Source: Pristiophorus japonicus
Taxonomy: Eukaryota
Length of the DNA: 53,844 nucleotides
Reading direction: 5' to 3'
Assembly: GCF_044704955.1 (NCBI RefSeq)
Contig: NW_027251303.1
Coordinates: 1-53,844 of the forward strand
A model generated the notes under the pieces. The model did no database searches and was not told the origin of the DNA. It saw nothing but the letters and a program-made list of their open reading frames with translations. The translations under genes and the position numbers were made by a program. Numbering within the stretch: position 1 is the first letter of the stretch; every line of letters starts with the position of its first letter. Below are positions 11,601 through 27,324 of this stretch, piece by piece.

Positions 11601-14600
11601 ACTGTAGTGGGTCTGGAATGTACCCAATACACACGGACTGTCGTGGGTCTGGAATGTACCCAATACACACAGACTGAAGTGGGCCTGGAATATACCCAAT
11701 ACACACGGACTGTAGTGGGTCTGGAATGTACCCAATACATACAGACTGTAGTTGGTCTGGAATGTACCCAGTACACACAGACTGTAGTGGGTCTGGAATG
11801 TACCCAGTACACACAGACTGTAGTGGGTCTGAAATGTACCCAATACACGCAGACTGTAGTGGATCTGGAATGTACACAATACACACAGACTGCAGTGGGT
11901 GTGGAATATACCCAATAAACACAAACTGTCGTGTGTCTGGAATGTGCCCAATACACACAGACTGTAGTGGGTCAGGAATGTACCCAATACACACAGACTG
12001 TAGTGGGTCTGGAATGTACCCAATACACACGGACTGTCTTGGGTCTGGAATGTACCCAATACACGCGGACTGTCGTGGGTCTGGAATGTACCCAATATAT
12101 ACAGACTGTAGTTGGTCTGGAATGTGCCCAGTACACACAGATTGTAGTGGGTCTGGAATGTACCCAATACACACGGACTGTAGTGGGTCTGGAATGTACC
12201 CAATACATACAGACTGTAGTTGGTCTGGAATGAACCCAATACACACACACTGTAGTTGGTCTGGAATGTACCCAATACACACAGACTGCAGTGGGTGTGG
12301 AATATACCCAATACACACAAACTGTAGTGGGTCTGGAATGTACCCAGTACACACAGACTGTAGTGGGTCTGGAATGTACCCAGTACACACAGACTGTAGT
12401 GGGTCTGGAATGTACCCAGTACACACAGACTGTAATTGGTCTGGAATGTACCCAGTACACACAGACTGTAGTGGGTCTGGAATGTACCCAGTACACACAG
12501 ACTGTAATTGGTCTGGAATGTACCCAGTACACACAGACTGTAGTGGGTCTGGAATGTACCCAGTACACACAGACTGTAGTGGGTCTGGAATGTACCCAGT
12601 ACACACAGACTGTAGTGGGTCTGGAATGTACCCAGTACACACAGACTGTAGTGGGTCTGGAATGTACCCAGTACACACAGACTGTAATTGGTCTGGAATG
12701 TACCCAGTACACACAGACTGTAGTGGGTCTGGAATGTACCCAATACACACGGACTGTCGTGGGTCTGGAATGTACCCAATATATACAGACTGTAGTTGGT
12801 CTGGAATGTGCCCAGTACACACAGATTGTAGTGGGTCTGGAATGTACCCAATACACACGGACTGTAGTGGGTCTGGAATGTACCCAATACATACAGACTG
12901 TAGTTGGTCTGGAATGAACCCAATACACACACACTGTAGTTGGTCTGGAATGTACCCAATACACACAGACTGCAGTGGGTGTGGAATATACCCAATACAC
13001 ACAAACTGTCGTGTGTCTGGAATGTGCCCAATACACACGGACTGTAGTGGGTCTGGAATGTACCCAATACAAAAAGACTGTAGTTGGTCTGGAATGTACC
13101 AAGTACACACAGACTGTAGTGGGTCTGGAATGTACCCAGTACACACAGACTGTAGTGGGTCTGGAATATACCCAGTACACACAGACTGTAGTGGGTCTGG
13201 AATGTACCCAGTACACACAGACTGTAGTTGGTCTGGAATGTACCCAGTACACACAGACTGTAGTGGGTCTGGAATGTACCCAGTACACACAGACTGTAGT
13301 GGGTCTGGAATGTACCCAGTGCACACAGACTGTAGTGGGTCTGGAATGTACCCAGTACACACAGACTGTCGTGGGTCTGGAATGTACCCAATGCACACAG
13401 ACTGTAGTGGGTCTGGAATGTACCCAATACACACAGACTGTAGTGCGTCTGGAATGTGCCCAATACACACAGACTGTAGTGGGTCTGGAATGTACCCAAT
13501 ACACACAGACTGTAGTGCGTCTGGAATGTACACAATACACACAGACTGTAGTGCGTCTGGAATGTGCCCAATACACACAGACTGTAGTGGGTCTGGAATG
13601 TACCCAATACACACAGACTGTAGTGGGTCTGGAATGTACACAATACACACAGACTGTAGTGGGTCTGGAATGTACCCAATACACACAGACTGTAGTGGGT
13701 CTGGAATGTACCCAATACACACAGACTGTAGTGGGTCTGGAATGTACCCAATACACACAGACTGTAGTGGGTCTGGAATGTACACAATACACACAGACTG
13801 CAATGGGTCTGGAATGTACCCAATACACACAGACTGTAGTGGGTCTGGAATGTACACAATACACACAGACTGTAATGGGTCTGGAATGTACCCAATACAC
13901 ACAAACTGTCGTGTGTCTGGAATGTGCCCAATACACACAGACTGTAGTGGGTCTGGAATGTACCCAATACACACAGACTGTAGTGGGTCTGGAATGTACC
14001 CAATACACACGGACTGTCGTGGGTCTGGAATGTACCCAATACACACAGACTGTAGTTGGTCTGGAATGTGCCCAGTACACACAGACTGAAGTGGGTCTGG
14101 AATGTACCCAATACACACGGAGTGTAGTGGGTCTGGAATGTACCCAATACATACAGACTGTAGTTGGTCTGGAATGTACCCAGTACACACAGACTGTAGT
14201 GGGTCTGGAATGTACCCAGTACACACAGACTGTAGTGGGTCTGGAATGTACCCAATACACGCAGACTGCAGTGGATCTGGAATGTACACAATACACACAG
14301 ACTGCAGTGGGTGTGGAATATACCCAATACACACAAACTGTCGTGTGTCTGGAATGTGCCCAATACACACAGACTGTAGTGGGTCAGGAATGTACCCAAT
14401 ACACGCAGACTGTAGTGGGTCTGGAATGTGCCCAGTACACACAGACTGTAGTGGGTCTGGAATGTACCCAATACACACGGACTGTAGTGGGTCTGGAATG
14501 TACCCAGTACACACAGACTGTAGTGGGTCTGGAATGTACCCAGTGCACACAGACTGTAGTGGGTCTGGAATGTACCCAGTACACACAGACTGTCGTGGGT

Positions 14601-17600
14601 CTGGAATGTACCCAATGCACACAGACTGTAGTGGGTCTGGAATGTACCCAATACACACAGACTGTCGTGGGTCTGGAATGTACACAATACACACAGACTG
14701 TAATGGGTCTGGAATATACCCAATACACACACACTGTAGTTGGTCTGGAAAGTACCCAATACACACAGATTGTAGTGGGTCTGGAACATACCCAATACAC
14801 ACAGACTGTAGTGGGTCTGGAATGTACCGAATACACACAGACTGTAGTGGGTCTGGAATGTACCCAATACACACAGACTGCAGTGGGTCTGGAATATACC
14901 CAATACACACAGACTGTAGTTGTTCTGGAATGTACACAATACACACAGACTGCAGTGGGTCTGGAATGTACACAATACACACAGACTGTAATGGGTCTGG
15001 AATATACCCAATACACACAGACTGTAGTTGGTCTGGAATATACCCAATACACACAGACTGTAGTTGGTCTGGAATGTACCGAATACACACAGACTGTAGT
15101 GGGTCTGGAATGTACCCAATACACACAGACTGTAGTGGGTCTGGAATGTACCCAATACATACAGACTGTAGTGGGTCTGGAATGTACACAATACACACAG
15201 ACTGCAGTGGGTCTGGAATATACCCAATACAAACAGACTATAGTGGGTCTGGAACGTACCCAATACACAGAGACTGTAATGGGTCTGGAATGTACCCAAT
15301 ACACACAGACTGTAGTGGGTCTGGAATGTACCCAATACACACAGACTGCAGTTGGTCTGGAATGTACCCAATACACACAGACTGTAGTGGGTCTGGAATG
15401 TACCCAATACACACAGACTGTAGTGGGTCTGGAATGTGCCCAATACACACAGACTGTAGTGGGTCTAGAATGTACCCAATACATGCAGACTGTAGTGGGT
15501 CTGGAATGTACCCAATACACACAGACTGTCGTGGGTCTGGAATGTACCCAATACACACAGACTGCAGTGGGTCTGGAATGTACCCAATACACACGGACTG
15601 TAGTGGGTCGGGAATGTACCCAATACACACAGACTGTAGTGGGTCTGGAATATACCCAATACAAACAGACTATAGTAGGTCTGGAATGTACCCAATACAC
15701 ACAGACTGTAGTGGGTCTGGAATGTACCCAATACACACGGACTGTAGTGGGTCTGGAATGTACCCAATACACACAGACTGCAATTGGTCTGGAATGTGCC
15801 CAATACACACACACTGTAGTGGGTCTGGAATGTACCCAGTACACACAGACTGTCGTGGGTCTGGAATGTACCCAATGCACACAGACTTTAGTGGGTCTGG
15901 AATGTACCCAATACACACGGACTGTAGTGGGTCTGGAATGTACCCAATGCACGCAGACTGTAGTGGGTCTGGAATGTACCCAGTACACACAGACTGTAGT
16001 GGGTCTGGAATATACCCAGTACACACAGACTGTAGTGGGTCTGGAATGTACCCAGTACACACAGACTGTAGTTGGTCTGGAATGTACCCAGTACACACAG
16101 ACTGTAGTGGGTCTGGAATGTACCCAGTACACACAGACTGTAGTGGGTCTGGAATGTACCCAGTGCACACAGACTGTAGTGGGTCTGGAATGTACCCAGT
16201 ACACACAGACTGTCGTGGGTCTGGAATGTACCCAATGCACACAGACTGCAGTGGGTCTGGAATGTACCCAATACACACAGACTGTAGTGCGTCTGGAATG
16301 TGCCCAATACACACAGACTGTAGTGGGTCTGGAATGTACACAATACACACTGACTGTAATGGGTCTGGAATATACCCAATACACACAGACTGTAGTGCGT
16401 CTGGAATGTGCCCAATACACACAGACTGTAGTGGGTCTGGAATGTACCCAATACACACAGACTGTAGTGGGTCTGGAATGTACCCAATACACACGGACTG
16501 TCGTGGGTCTGGAATGTACCCAATACACACAGACTGAAGTGGGTCTGGAATGTACCCAATACACACGGACTGTAGTGGGTCTGGAATGTACCCAATACAT
16601 ACAGACTGTAGTTGGTCTGGAATGTACCCAGTACACACAGACTGTAGTGGGTCTGGAATGTACCCAGTACACACAGACTGTAGTGGGTCTGAAATGTACC
16701 CAATACACGCAGACTGTAGTGGATCTGGAATGTACACAATATACACAGACTGCAGTGGGTGTGGAATATACCCAATACACACAAACTGTCGTGTGTCTGG
16801 AATGTGCCCAATACACACAGACTGTAGTGGGTCAGGAATGTACCCAATACACACAGACTGTAGTGGGTCTGGAATGTACCCAATACAAAAAGACTGTAGT
16901 TGGTCTGGAATGTACCCAGTACACACAGGCTGTAGTGGGTCTGGAATGTACCCAGTACACACAGACTGTAGTGGGTCTGGAATGTACCCAGTACACACAG
17001 ACTGTAGTGGGTCTGGAATGAACCCAGTACACACAGACTGTAATTGGTCTGGAATGTACCCAGTACACACAGACTGTAGTGGGTATGGAATGTACCCAGT
17101 ACACACAGACTGTAGTGGGTCTGGAATGTACCCAGTGCACACAGACTGTAGTGGGTCTGGAATGTACCCAGTACACACAGACTGTCGTGGGTCTGGAATG
17201 TACCCAATGCACACAGACTGTAGTGGGTCTGGAATGTACCCAATACACACAGACTGTAATGGGTCTGGAATATACCCAATACACACACACTGTAGTTGGG
17301 CTGGAATGTACCCAATACACACAGACTGTAGTGGGTCTGGAATGTACCCAATACACACGGACTGTAGTGGGTCTGGAATGTACCCAGTACACACAGACTG
17401 TAGTGGGTCTGGAATGTACCCAGTGCACACAGACTGTAGTGGGTCTGGAATGTACCCAGTACACACAGACTGTCGTGGGTCTGGAATGTACCCAATGCAC
17501 ACAGACTGTAGTGGGTCTGGAATGTACCCAATACACACAGACTGTCGTGGGTCTGGAATGTACACAATACACACAGACTGTAATGGGTCTGGAATATACC

Positions 17601-20600
17601 CAATACACACACACTGTAGTTGGTCTGGAATGTACCCAATACACACAGATTGTAGTGGGTCTGGAACATACCCAATACACACAGACTGTAGTGGGTCTGG
17701 AAAGTACCGAATACACACAGACTGTAGTTGGTCTGGAATGTACCCAATACACACAGATTGTAGTGGGTCTGGAACATACCCAATACACACAGACTGTAGT
17801 GGGTCTGGAATGTACCGAATACACACAGACTGTAGTGGGTCTGGAATGTACCCAATACACACAGACTGTAGTGGGTCTGGAATGTACCCAATACATACAG
17901 ACTGTAGTGGGTCTGGAATGTACACAATACACACAGACTGCAGTGGGTCTGGAATATACCCAATACAAACAGACAATAGTGGGTCTGGAACGTACCCAAT
18001 ACACAGAGACTGTAATGGGTCTGGAATGTACCCAATACACACAGACTGTAGTGGGTCTGGAATGTACCCAATACACACAGACTGCAGTTGGTCTGGAATG
18101 TACCCAATACACACAGACTGTAGTGGGTTTGGAATGTACCCAATACACACAGCCTGTAGTGGGTCTGGAATGTGCCCAATACACACAGACTGTAGTGGGT
18201 CTAGAATGTACCCAATACACGCAGACTGTAGTGGGTCTGGAATGTGCCCAATACACACAGACTGTAGTGGGTCGGGAATGTACCCAATACACACAGACTG
18301 TCGTGGGTCTGGAATGTACCCAATACACACAGACTGCAGTGGGTCTGGAATGTACCCAATACACACGGACTGTAGTGGGTCGGGAATGTACCCAATACAC
18401 ACAGACTGTAGTGGGTCTGGAATATACCCAATACAAACAGACTATAGTAGGTCTGGAATGTACCCAATACACACAGACTGTAGTGGGTCTGGAATGTACC
18501 CAATACACACGGACTGTAGTGGGTCTGGAATGTACCCAATACACACAGACTGCAATTGGTCTGGAATGTGCCCAATACACACAGACTGTAGTTGGTCTGG
18601 AATGTACCCAGTACACACAGACTGTCGTGGGTCTGGAATGTACCCAATGCACACAGACTTTAGTGGGTCTGGAATGTACCCAATACACACGGACTGTAGT
18701 GGGTCTGGAATGTACCCAATACACGCAGACTGTAGTGGGTCTGGAATGTGCCCAGTACACACAGACTGTAGTGGGTCTGGAATGTGCCCAATACACACGG
18801 ACTGTAGTGGGTCTGGAATGTACCCAATACAAAAAGACTGTAGTTGGTCTGGAATGTACCCAGTACACACAGACTGTAGTGGGTCTGGAATGTACCCAGT
18901 ACACACAGACTGTAGTGGGTCTGGAATATACCCAGTATACACAGACTGTAGTGGTTCTGGAATGTACCCAGTACACACAGACTGTAGTTGGTCTGGAATG
19001 TACCCAGTACACACAGACTGTAGTGGGTCTGGAATGTACCCAGTACACACAGACTGTAGTGGGTCTGGAATGTACCCAGTGCACACAGACTGTAGTGGGT
19101 CTGGAATGTACCCAGTACACACAGACTGTCGTGGGTCTGGAATGTACCCAATGAGCACAGACTGCAGTGGGTCTGGAATGTACCCAATACACACAGACTG
19201 TAGTGCGTCTGGAATGTGCCCAATACACACAGACTGTAGTGGGTCTGGAATGTACACAATACACACTGACTGTAATGGGTCTGGAATATACCCAATACAC
19301 ACAGACTGGAGTGCGTCTGGAATGTGCCCAATACACACAGACTGTAGTGGGTCTGGAATGTACCCAATACACACAGACTGTAGTGGGTCTGGAATGTACC
19401 CAATACACACGGACTGTCGTGGGTCTGGAATGTACCCAATACACACAGACTGAAGTGGGTCTGGAATGTACCCAATACACACGGACTGTAGTGGGTCTGG
19501 AATGTACCCAATACATACAGACTGTAGTTGGTCTGGAATGTACCCAGTACACACAGACTGTAGTGGGTCTGGAATGTACCCAGTACACACAGACTGTAGT
19601 GGGTCTGAAATGTACCCAATACACGCAGACTGTAGTGGATCTGGAATGTACACAATACACACAGACTGCAGTGGGTGTGGAATATACCCAATACACACAA
19701 ACTGTCGTGTGTCTGGAATGTGCCCAATACACACAGACTGTAGTGGGTCAGGAATGTACCCAATACACACAGACTGTAGTGGGTCTGGAATGTACCCAAT
19801 ACACACGGACTGTCTTGGGTCTGGAATGTACCCAATACACGCAGACTGTAGTGGGTCTGGAATGTGCCCAGTACACACAGACTGTAGTGGGTCTGGAATG
19901 TACCCAATACACACGGACTGTAGTGGGTCTGGAATGTACCCAATACAAAAAGACTGTAGTTGGTCTGGAATGTACCCAGTACACACAGGCTGTAGTGGGT
20001 CTGGAATGTACCCAGTACACACAGACTGTAGTGGGTCTGGAATGTACCCGGTACACACAGACTGTAGTGGGTCTGGAATGTACCCAGTACACACAGACTG
20101 TAATTGGTCTGGAATGTACCCAGTACACACAGACTGTAGTGGGTCTGGAATGTACCCAGTACACACAGGCTGTAGTGGGTCTGGAATGTACCCAGTGCAC
20201 ACAGACTGTAGTGGGTCTGGAATGTACCCAATACACACAGACTGTAATGGGTCTGGAATATACCCAATACACACACACTGTAGTTGGTCTGGAATGTACC
20301 CAATACACACAGATTGTAGTGGGTCTGGAACATACCCAATACACACAGACTGTAGTGGGTCTGGAATGTACCGAATACACACAGACTGTAGTGGGTCTGG
20401 AATGTACCCAATACACACAGACTGTAGTGGGTCTGGAATATACCCAATACACACAGACTGTAGTTGTTCTGGAATGTACACAATACACACAGACTGCAGT
20501 GGGTCTGGAACGTACCCAATACACAGAGACTGTAATGGGTCTGGAATGTACCCAATACAACAGACTGTAGTGGGTCTGGAATGTACCCAATACACACAGA

Positions 20601-23133
20601 CTGCAGTTGGTCTGGAATGTACCCAATACACACAGACTGTAGTGGGTCTGGAATGTACCCAATACACACAGACTGTAGTGGGTCTGGAATGTACACAATA
20701 CACACAGACTGTAGTGGGTCTGGAATGTGCCCAATACACACAGACTGTAGTGGGTCTAGAATGTACCCAATACACGCAGACTGTAGTGGGTCTGGAATGT
20801 GCCCAATACACACAGACTGTAGTGGGTCTGGAATGTACCCAATACACACAGACTGTAGTGGGTCTGGAATGTAGCCAATACACACAGACTGTAGTGGGTC
20901 TGGAATGTACACAATACACACAGACTGTAGTGGGTCTGCAATGTACCCAATACATACAGACTGTAGTTGGTCTGGAATGTACCCAGTACACACAGACTGT
21001 AGTGGGTCTGGAATGTACCCAGTACACACAGACTGTAGTGGGTCTGGAATGTACCCAGTACACACAGACTGTAGTGGGTCTGGAATGTACCCAGTACACA
21101 CAGACTGTAGTTGGTCTGGAATGTACAAAGTACACACAGACTGTAGTGAGTCTGGAATGTACGCAGTACACACAGACTGTAGTGGGTCTGGAATGTACCC
21201 AGTGCACACAGACTGTAGTGGGTCTGTAATGTACCCAGTACACACAGACTGTCGTGGGTCTGGAATGTACCCAATGCACACAGACTTTAGTGGGTCTTGA
21301 ATGTACCCAATACACACAGACTGTAGTGCGTCTGGAATGTGCCCAATACACACAGACTGTAGTGGGTCTGGAATGTACCCAATACACACAGACTGTAGTG
21401 GGTCTGGAATGTACCCAATACACACAGACTGTAGTGGGTCTGGAATGTACACAATACACACAGACTGTAGTGGGTCTGGAATGTACCCAATACACACAGA
21501 CTGTAGTGGGTCTGGAATGTACCCAATACACACAGACTGTAGTGGGTCTTGAATGTACACAATACACACAGACTGTAATGGGTCTGGAATGTACCCAATA
21601 CACACAGACTGTAGTGGGTCTGGAATGTACACAATACACACAGACTGTCGTGGGTCTGGAATGTACACAATACACACAGACTATAATGGGTCTGGAATGT
21701 ACCGAATACACACAGACTGTAGTGGGTCTGGAATGTACCCAATACACACAGACTGTCGTGGGTCTGGAATATACCCAATACACACAGACTGTAGTTGGTC
21801 TGGAATGTGCCCAATACACACAGACTGTAGTGGGTCTGGAATGTACCCAGTACACACAGACTGTCGTGGGTCTGGAATGTACCCAATGCACACAGACTTT
21901 AGTGGGTCTGGAATGTACCCAATACACACAGACTGTCGTGCGTCTGGGATGTACCCAATACACACGGACTGTAGTGGGTCTGGAATGTACCCAATACACA
22001 CAGACTGTAGTGGGTCTGGAATGTACCCAATACACACAGACTGTCGTGGGTCTGGAATATACCCAATACACACAGACTGTAGTTGGTCTGGAATGTGCCC
22101 AATACACACAGACTGTAGTGGGTCTGGAATGTACCCAATACATACAGACAGTAGTGGGTCTGGAATGTACACAATACACACAGACTGCAGTGGGTCTGGA
22201 ATATACCCAATACAAACAGACTATAATGGGTCTGGAACGTACCCAATACACAGAGACTGTAATGGGTCTGGAATGTACCCAATACACACAGACTGTAGTG
22301 TGTCTGGAATGTACCCAATACACACGGACTGTAGTGGGTCTGGAATGTACCCAATACACACAGACTGTAGTGGGTCTTGAATGTGCCCAATACACACAGA
22401 CTGTAGTGGGTCTGGAATGTACCCAATACACACGGACTGTAGTGGGTCTGGAATGTACCCAATACACACAGACTGTAGTGGGTCTTGAATGTGCCCAATA
22501 CACACAGACTGTAGTGGGTCTGGAATGTACCCAATATACACAGACTGTCATGGGTCTGGAATGTACCCAGTGCACACAGACTGTAGTGGGTCTGGAATGT
22601 ACCCAGTACACACAGACTGTAGTGGGTCTGGAATGTACCCAATACACACAAACTGTAGTGGGTCTGGAATGTACCCAATACACACGGACTGTAGTTGGTC
22701 TGGAATGTGCCCAGTACACACAGACTGTAGTGGGTCTGGAATGTACCCAATACACACAGGCTGTAGTGGGTCTGGAATGTACCCAATACAAACGGAGTGT
22801 CGTGGGTCTGGAATGTACCCAGTACACACAGACTGCAGTGGGTCTGGAATGTACCAAATACACACAGACTGTCGTGGGTCTGGAATGTACCCAATACACA
22901 AAGACTGCAATGGGTCTGGAAAGTACCCAATACACACAGACTGTAGTGGGTCTGGAATGTACCCAATCCACACAGACTGTAGTGGGTCTGGAATGGACCC
23001 AATACACACAGACTGTAGATGGTCTGGAATGTGCCCAATACACACAGATTGTAGTGGGTCTAGAATGTACCCAGTACACACAGACTGTCGTGGGTCTGGA
23101 ATGTACCTAGTACACACAGACTTTAGTGGGTCT
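5630..23133. repeat. 36-bp minisatellite array, ~17.5 kb, roughly 485 units
   Basis: Consensus gtagtgggtctggaatgtacccaatacacacagact. It lies in the V1-V2 intron and accounts for all the long repetitive ORFs from 5446 to 23196. Confidence 0.99.
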
Positions 23134-23134
23134 C

Positions 23135-24645
23135 GAACAGGAGTAGGCCATCTGGCCCCTCGAGCCTTCTCCGCCAATCAAAAAGATCATGGCTGATCTG
23201 GCCGTGGACTCAGCTGCACTTGCCCACCCGCTCCCTGTCACCCTTAATTCCCTTATTGGTTAAAAATGTATCCAGCTGTGATTTGAATACATTCAATGAG
23301 CTCGTCTCAAGTGCTTCCCTGGCCAGAGAATTCCACAGATTCACAACCCTCTGGGAGAAGAAATTCCTTCTCAACTCATTTTTAAATTGGCTCCCCCGTA
23401 TTTTGAGGCTGTGCCCTTTAATTCGAGTCTACCCGACTAGTGGAATCAACCTCTCTGCCTCTATCTTGTCTATCCCTTTCATTATTTTAAATGTTTCTAT
23501 AAGATTATCCCTCATCCTTCTGAACTCCAACGAGTAAAGACCCAGTCTACTCAATCTATCATCAAAAGGTAACCCCCTCATCTCCGGAATCAGCCAAGTG
23601 AATCGTCTCTGTACCCACTCCAAAGCTAGTGTATCCCTCCTTAAGTCAGGTGACCAAAACTGCAAGCAGTACTCCAGGTCCGGCCTCACCAATACCCTGT
23701 ACAGTTGCAGCAGGACCTCCCTGCTTTTGTACTCCATCCCTCTCGCAATGAAGGCCAACATTCCCTTTGCCTTCCTGATTACCTGCTGCACCTGCAAACT
23801 AACCTTTTTTTGGGATTCATGCACAAGGACCAAAAAGAGTTTCATGCACAAGGACCCTCAGGGTCCCTCTGCACCTCAGCATGTTGTAATTTCTCCCCAT
23901 TCAAATAATATTCCCTTTTACTGTTTTTTTTCCCCCAAGGTGGATGACCTCACACTTTCCGACATTGTATTCCATCTGCCAAACCTTAGCCCATTCGCTT
24001 AACCTATCCAAATCTCCTTGCAGCCTCTCTGAGTCCTCTCCACAACCCGCTTTCCCACTAATCTTTGTGTCATCTGCAAATTTTGTTGCACTACACTCTG
24101 TACCCTCTTCCAGGTCATCTATGTATATTCTAAACAGTTGTGGTCCCAGCACTGATCCATGTGGCACACCACTAACCACTGATTTCCAACCCGAAAAGGA
24201 CCCATTTATCCCGACTCTCTGCTTTGTGTTAGCCAGCCAATTCTCTATCCATGCTAATACATTTCCTCTGACTCCGCGTACCTTTATCTTCTGCAGTAAC
24301 CTTTTGTGTGGCACCTTATCGCATGCCTTTTGGAAATCTAAATACACCACATCCATCGGTACACCTCTATCCACCATGCTCGTTATATCCTCAAAGAATT
24401 CCAGTAAGTTAGTTAAACATGATTTCCCCTTCATGAATCCATGCTGTGTCTGCTTGATTGCACTATTCCTATCTCGATGTCCCACTACTTCTTCCTTTAT
24501 GATAGTTTCAAGCATTTTCCCCACTACAGATGTTAAACTAACCGGCCTATAGTTACCTGCCTTTTGCCTGCCCCCTTTTTTAAACAGAGGCGTTACATTA
24601 GCTGCTTTCCAATCCGCTGGTACCTCCCCAGAGTCCAGAGAATTT
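23135..24645 (-). mobile_element. CR1 LINE 3' portion (RT), 5'-truncated
   Basis: Minus-strand QHGFMKGKSCLTNLLEFF, YLDFQKA, GVPHGSVLGP, KFADDTK and LVRPDLEYCLQFWSP; 3' UTR hairpin region at 23135-23200. Confidence 0.95.
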
Positions 24646-24729
24646 TAACGGGCGGCGCGGCCCATTCAAAGTTTCAGGCATGTCTCAAACTTTCACATCA
24701 GGAAAGCTGATCCCGGGCTGTGCTGATCT

Positions 24730-26950
24730 CCCCCTCCCCCCCGCCCCCCCCCGCCGCACATCCACAACACACCTCCCCCTCCCCCACGTACCCTCCCCCA
24801 CCCACATCCCCCCTCCCCCTCCCCCACGTCCCCCCCCGCACATCCACAACACACCTCCCCCTCCCCCACGTACCCTCCCCCACCCACATCCCCCCTCCCC
24901 CACGTCCGTCCCCCCGCACATCCACAACACACCTCCCCCTCCCCCACGTACCCTCCCCCACCCACATCCCCCTCCCCCTCCCCCACGTACCCTCCCCCAC
25001 CCACATCCCCCCTCCCCCTCCCCCACGTACCCTCCCCCACCCACATCCCCCCTCCCCCTCCCCCACGTACCCTCCCCCGCCCACATCCCCCCTCCCCCTC
25101 CCCCACGTACCCTCCCCCACCCACACACCCCCTCCCCCTCCCCCACGTACCCTCCCCCACCCACATCCCCCCTCCCCCTCCCCCACGTCCTCTCATCCTC
25201 CCCCACGCCCACCCCCACCCACAGCACCCCTCCCCCTCCCCCATGCCCCCCCCATCCACAGCACACCTCCGCCTCCCCCACCCCCACGTCCTCTCATCCT
25301 CACCCACGTCCCCCCCCACCCACATCACCCCTCCCCCTCCCCCACGTCCCCCCTCCCCCTCCCCCACGTCCCCCCCCATCCACAGCACACCTCCCCCTCC
25401 CCCACGTCCTCTCATCCTCCCCCACGGCCCCCCCATCCACATCACCACTCCCTCTCCCCCACGTCCTCTCATCCTCCCCCCACACACATCAACCCCTCCC
25501 CCTCCCCCACGCCCCCCCCCACCCACAGCACCCCTCCCCCTCCCCATGCCCCCCCCATCCACAGCACACCTCCGCCTCCCCCACGTCCTCTCATCCTCAC
25601 CCACGCACCCCCCCACCCACATCACCCCTCCCCCTCCCCCACGTCCCCCCCCATCCACAGGACACCTCCCTCTCCCCCACGTCCTCTCATCCTCCCCCAC
25701 GCCCCCCCCCCATCCACAGCACCCCTCCCCCTCCCCCACGTCCCCTCCCCCATCCACAGCACACCTCCCTCTCCCCCACGTCCTCTCATCCTCCCCCACG
25801 TCCCCCCCACCCACATCAACCACTCCCCCTCCCCCACGTCCACCCCCCATCCACAGCACACCTCCCCCTCCCCCACGTCCTCTCATCCTCCCCCACGCAA
25901 CCCCCCACCCACAGCACACCTCCCCGTCCCCCACGTCCTCTCATCCTCCCCCACGTCCCCTCCCCCCCACGTCCCCTCCCCCATCCACAGCACACCTCCC
26001 CCTCCCCCACGCAACCCCCCACCCACAGCACACCTCCCCGTCCCCCACGTCCTCTCATCCTCCCCCACGTCCCCTCCCCCCCCACGTCCACCCCCCATCC
26101 ACAGCACACCTCCCCCTCCCCCACGTCCTCTCATCCTCCCCCACGCAACCCCCCCACCCACAGCACACCTCCCCCTCCCCCACGTCCTCTCATCCTCCCC
26201 CACGCAACCCCCCCACCCACAGCACACCTCCCACTCCCCCACGTCCTCTCATCCTCCCCCACGCAACCCCCCCACCCACAGCACACCTCCCACTCCCCCA
26301 CGTCCTCTTCCCCATCCACATCACCCCTCCCACACGTCCCCTCCCCCACGTCCCCTCCCCCACCCACATCACCCCTCCCCCACGTCCCCTCCCCCACATC
26401 ACCCCTCCCCCACATCACCCCTCCCCCACGTCCCCTTCCCCTCCCCCACGTCCCCTCCAACTCCCCTATGTCCCTTCCCCTCCCCACATCCCCTCCCCCT
26501 CCCCTACATCCCCTCTCCCATCCAGATCTCCCCTTCCCCACGTCCCCTCGCCTCCCCCACGTCCCCTCCCCCATCCACATCACCCCTCCCCCTCCCCCAC
26601 GTCCCCTCCCCCACCCACATCTCCCTTCCCCCCTCCCCGCCCACAACCCCCCTCCCCCACGTCCCCTCCCCTCCCCCACGTCCCCTACCCCATCCACATC
26701 ACCCCTCCTCCTCCCCCACATCACCCCTCCTCCATGTCCCCTCCCCCACCCACATCTCCCTTCCCCCCCCCACATCCCCCTCCCCCACGTCCCCTCCCCA
26801 CCCACAACCCCCCTCCCCCACGTCCCCTCCCCATCCAAATCCCCCTCCCCCATGTCCCCTCCCCCACCCACATCCCCCCTCCCCCACGTCCCCTCCCCCA
26901 TGTCCCCACACATCCCCTCCCCTCTCCCACTCACATATCCCTCCCTTACC
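24730..26950. repeat. C-rich compound minisatellite
   Basis: Evolving units built from cctcccccacgt, cacatccc and catccacagcacacctc. Confidence 0.93.
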
Positions 26951-27324
26951 CTCGATTTAATTCCTAAGTTGATTTTTATGCTGCTCCTTTCCGCTCCCGA
27001 CAGGATTTGTTCATTCTTTATAAATTCACCTGAAATAATGATTTGTGGTTAATTCTATAAAAATTGTTTGGCTGGGATTTGCGATGTTCTGGGCAGAGGA
27101 TGTGTTCCCCCTCGCACCAAGTGCAGTTATTGAAGTAGAGCAGGGATGACCATCACTGGTATAACATTGAGACAAACACCATGCGCTGTATATTTTAGGT
27201 ACTTGCTGTCTCACAATACAAGCTGTTCTCGCTCCACAGTCCCATTGACCAGTTTTATGCTCCGACTTCCTTCTGTTTGAATCAAACTTTGATAAAGTTT
27301 ACACTTGTATTATCCATGCCTTTA

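Noticed and set aside
5630-23133. CRISPR-like array (36-bp repeats)
   Set aside because: Units are head-to-tail with no unique spacers, there are no cas genes, and the context is vertebrate.
5446-23196. Very long Cys/His-rich ORFs (up to 1545 aa) in five frames
   Set aside because: They result from a 36-bp unit (a multiple of 3) lacking stops in most frames. They are open on both strands, have no unique domain and lie inside an intron.
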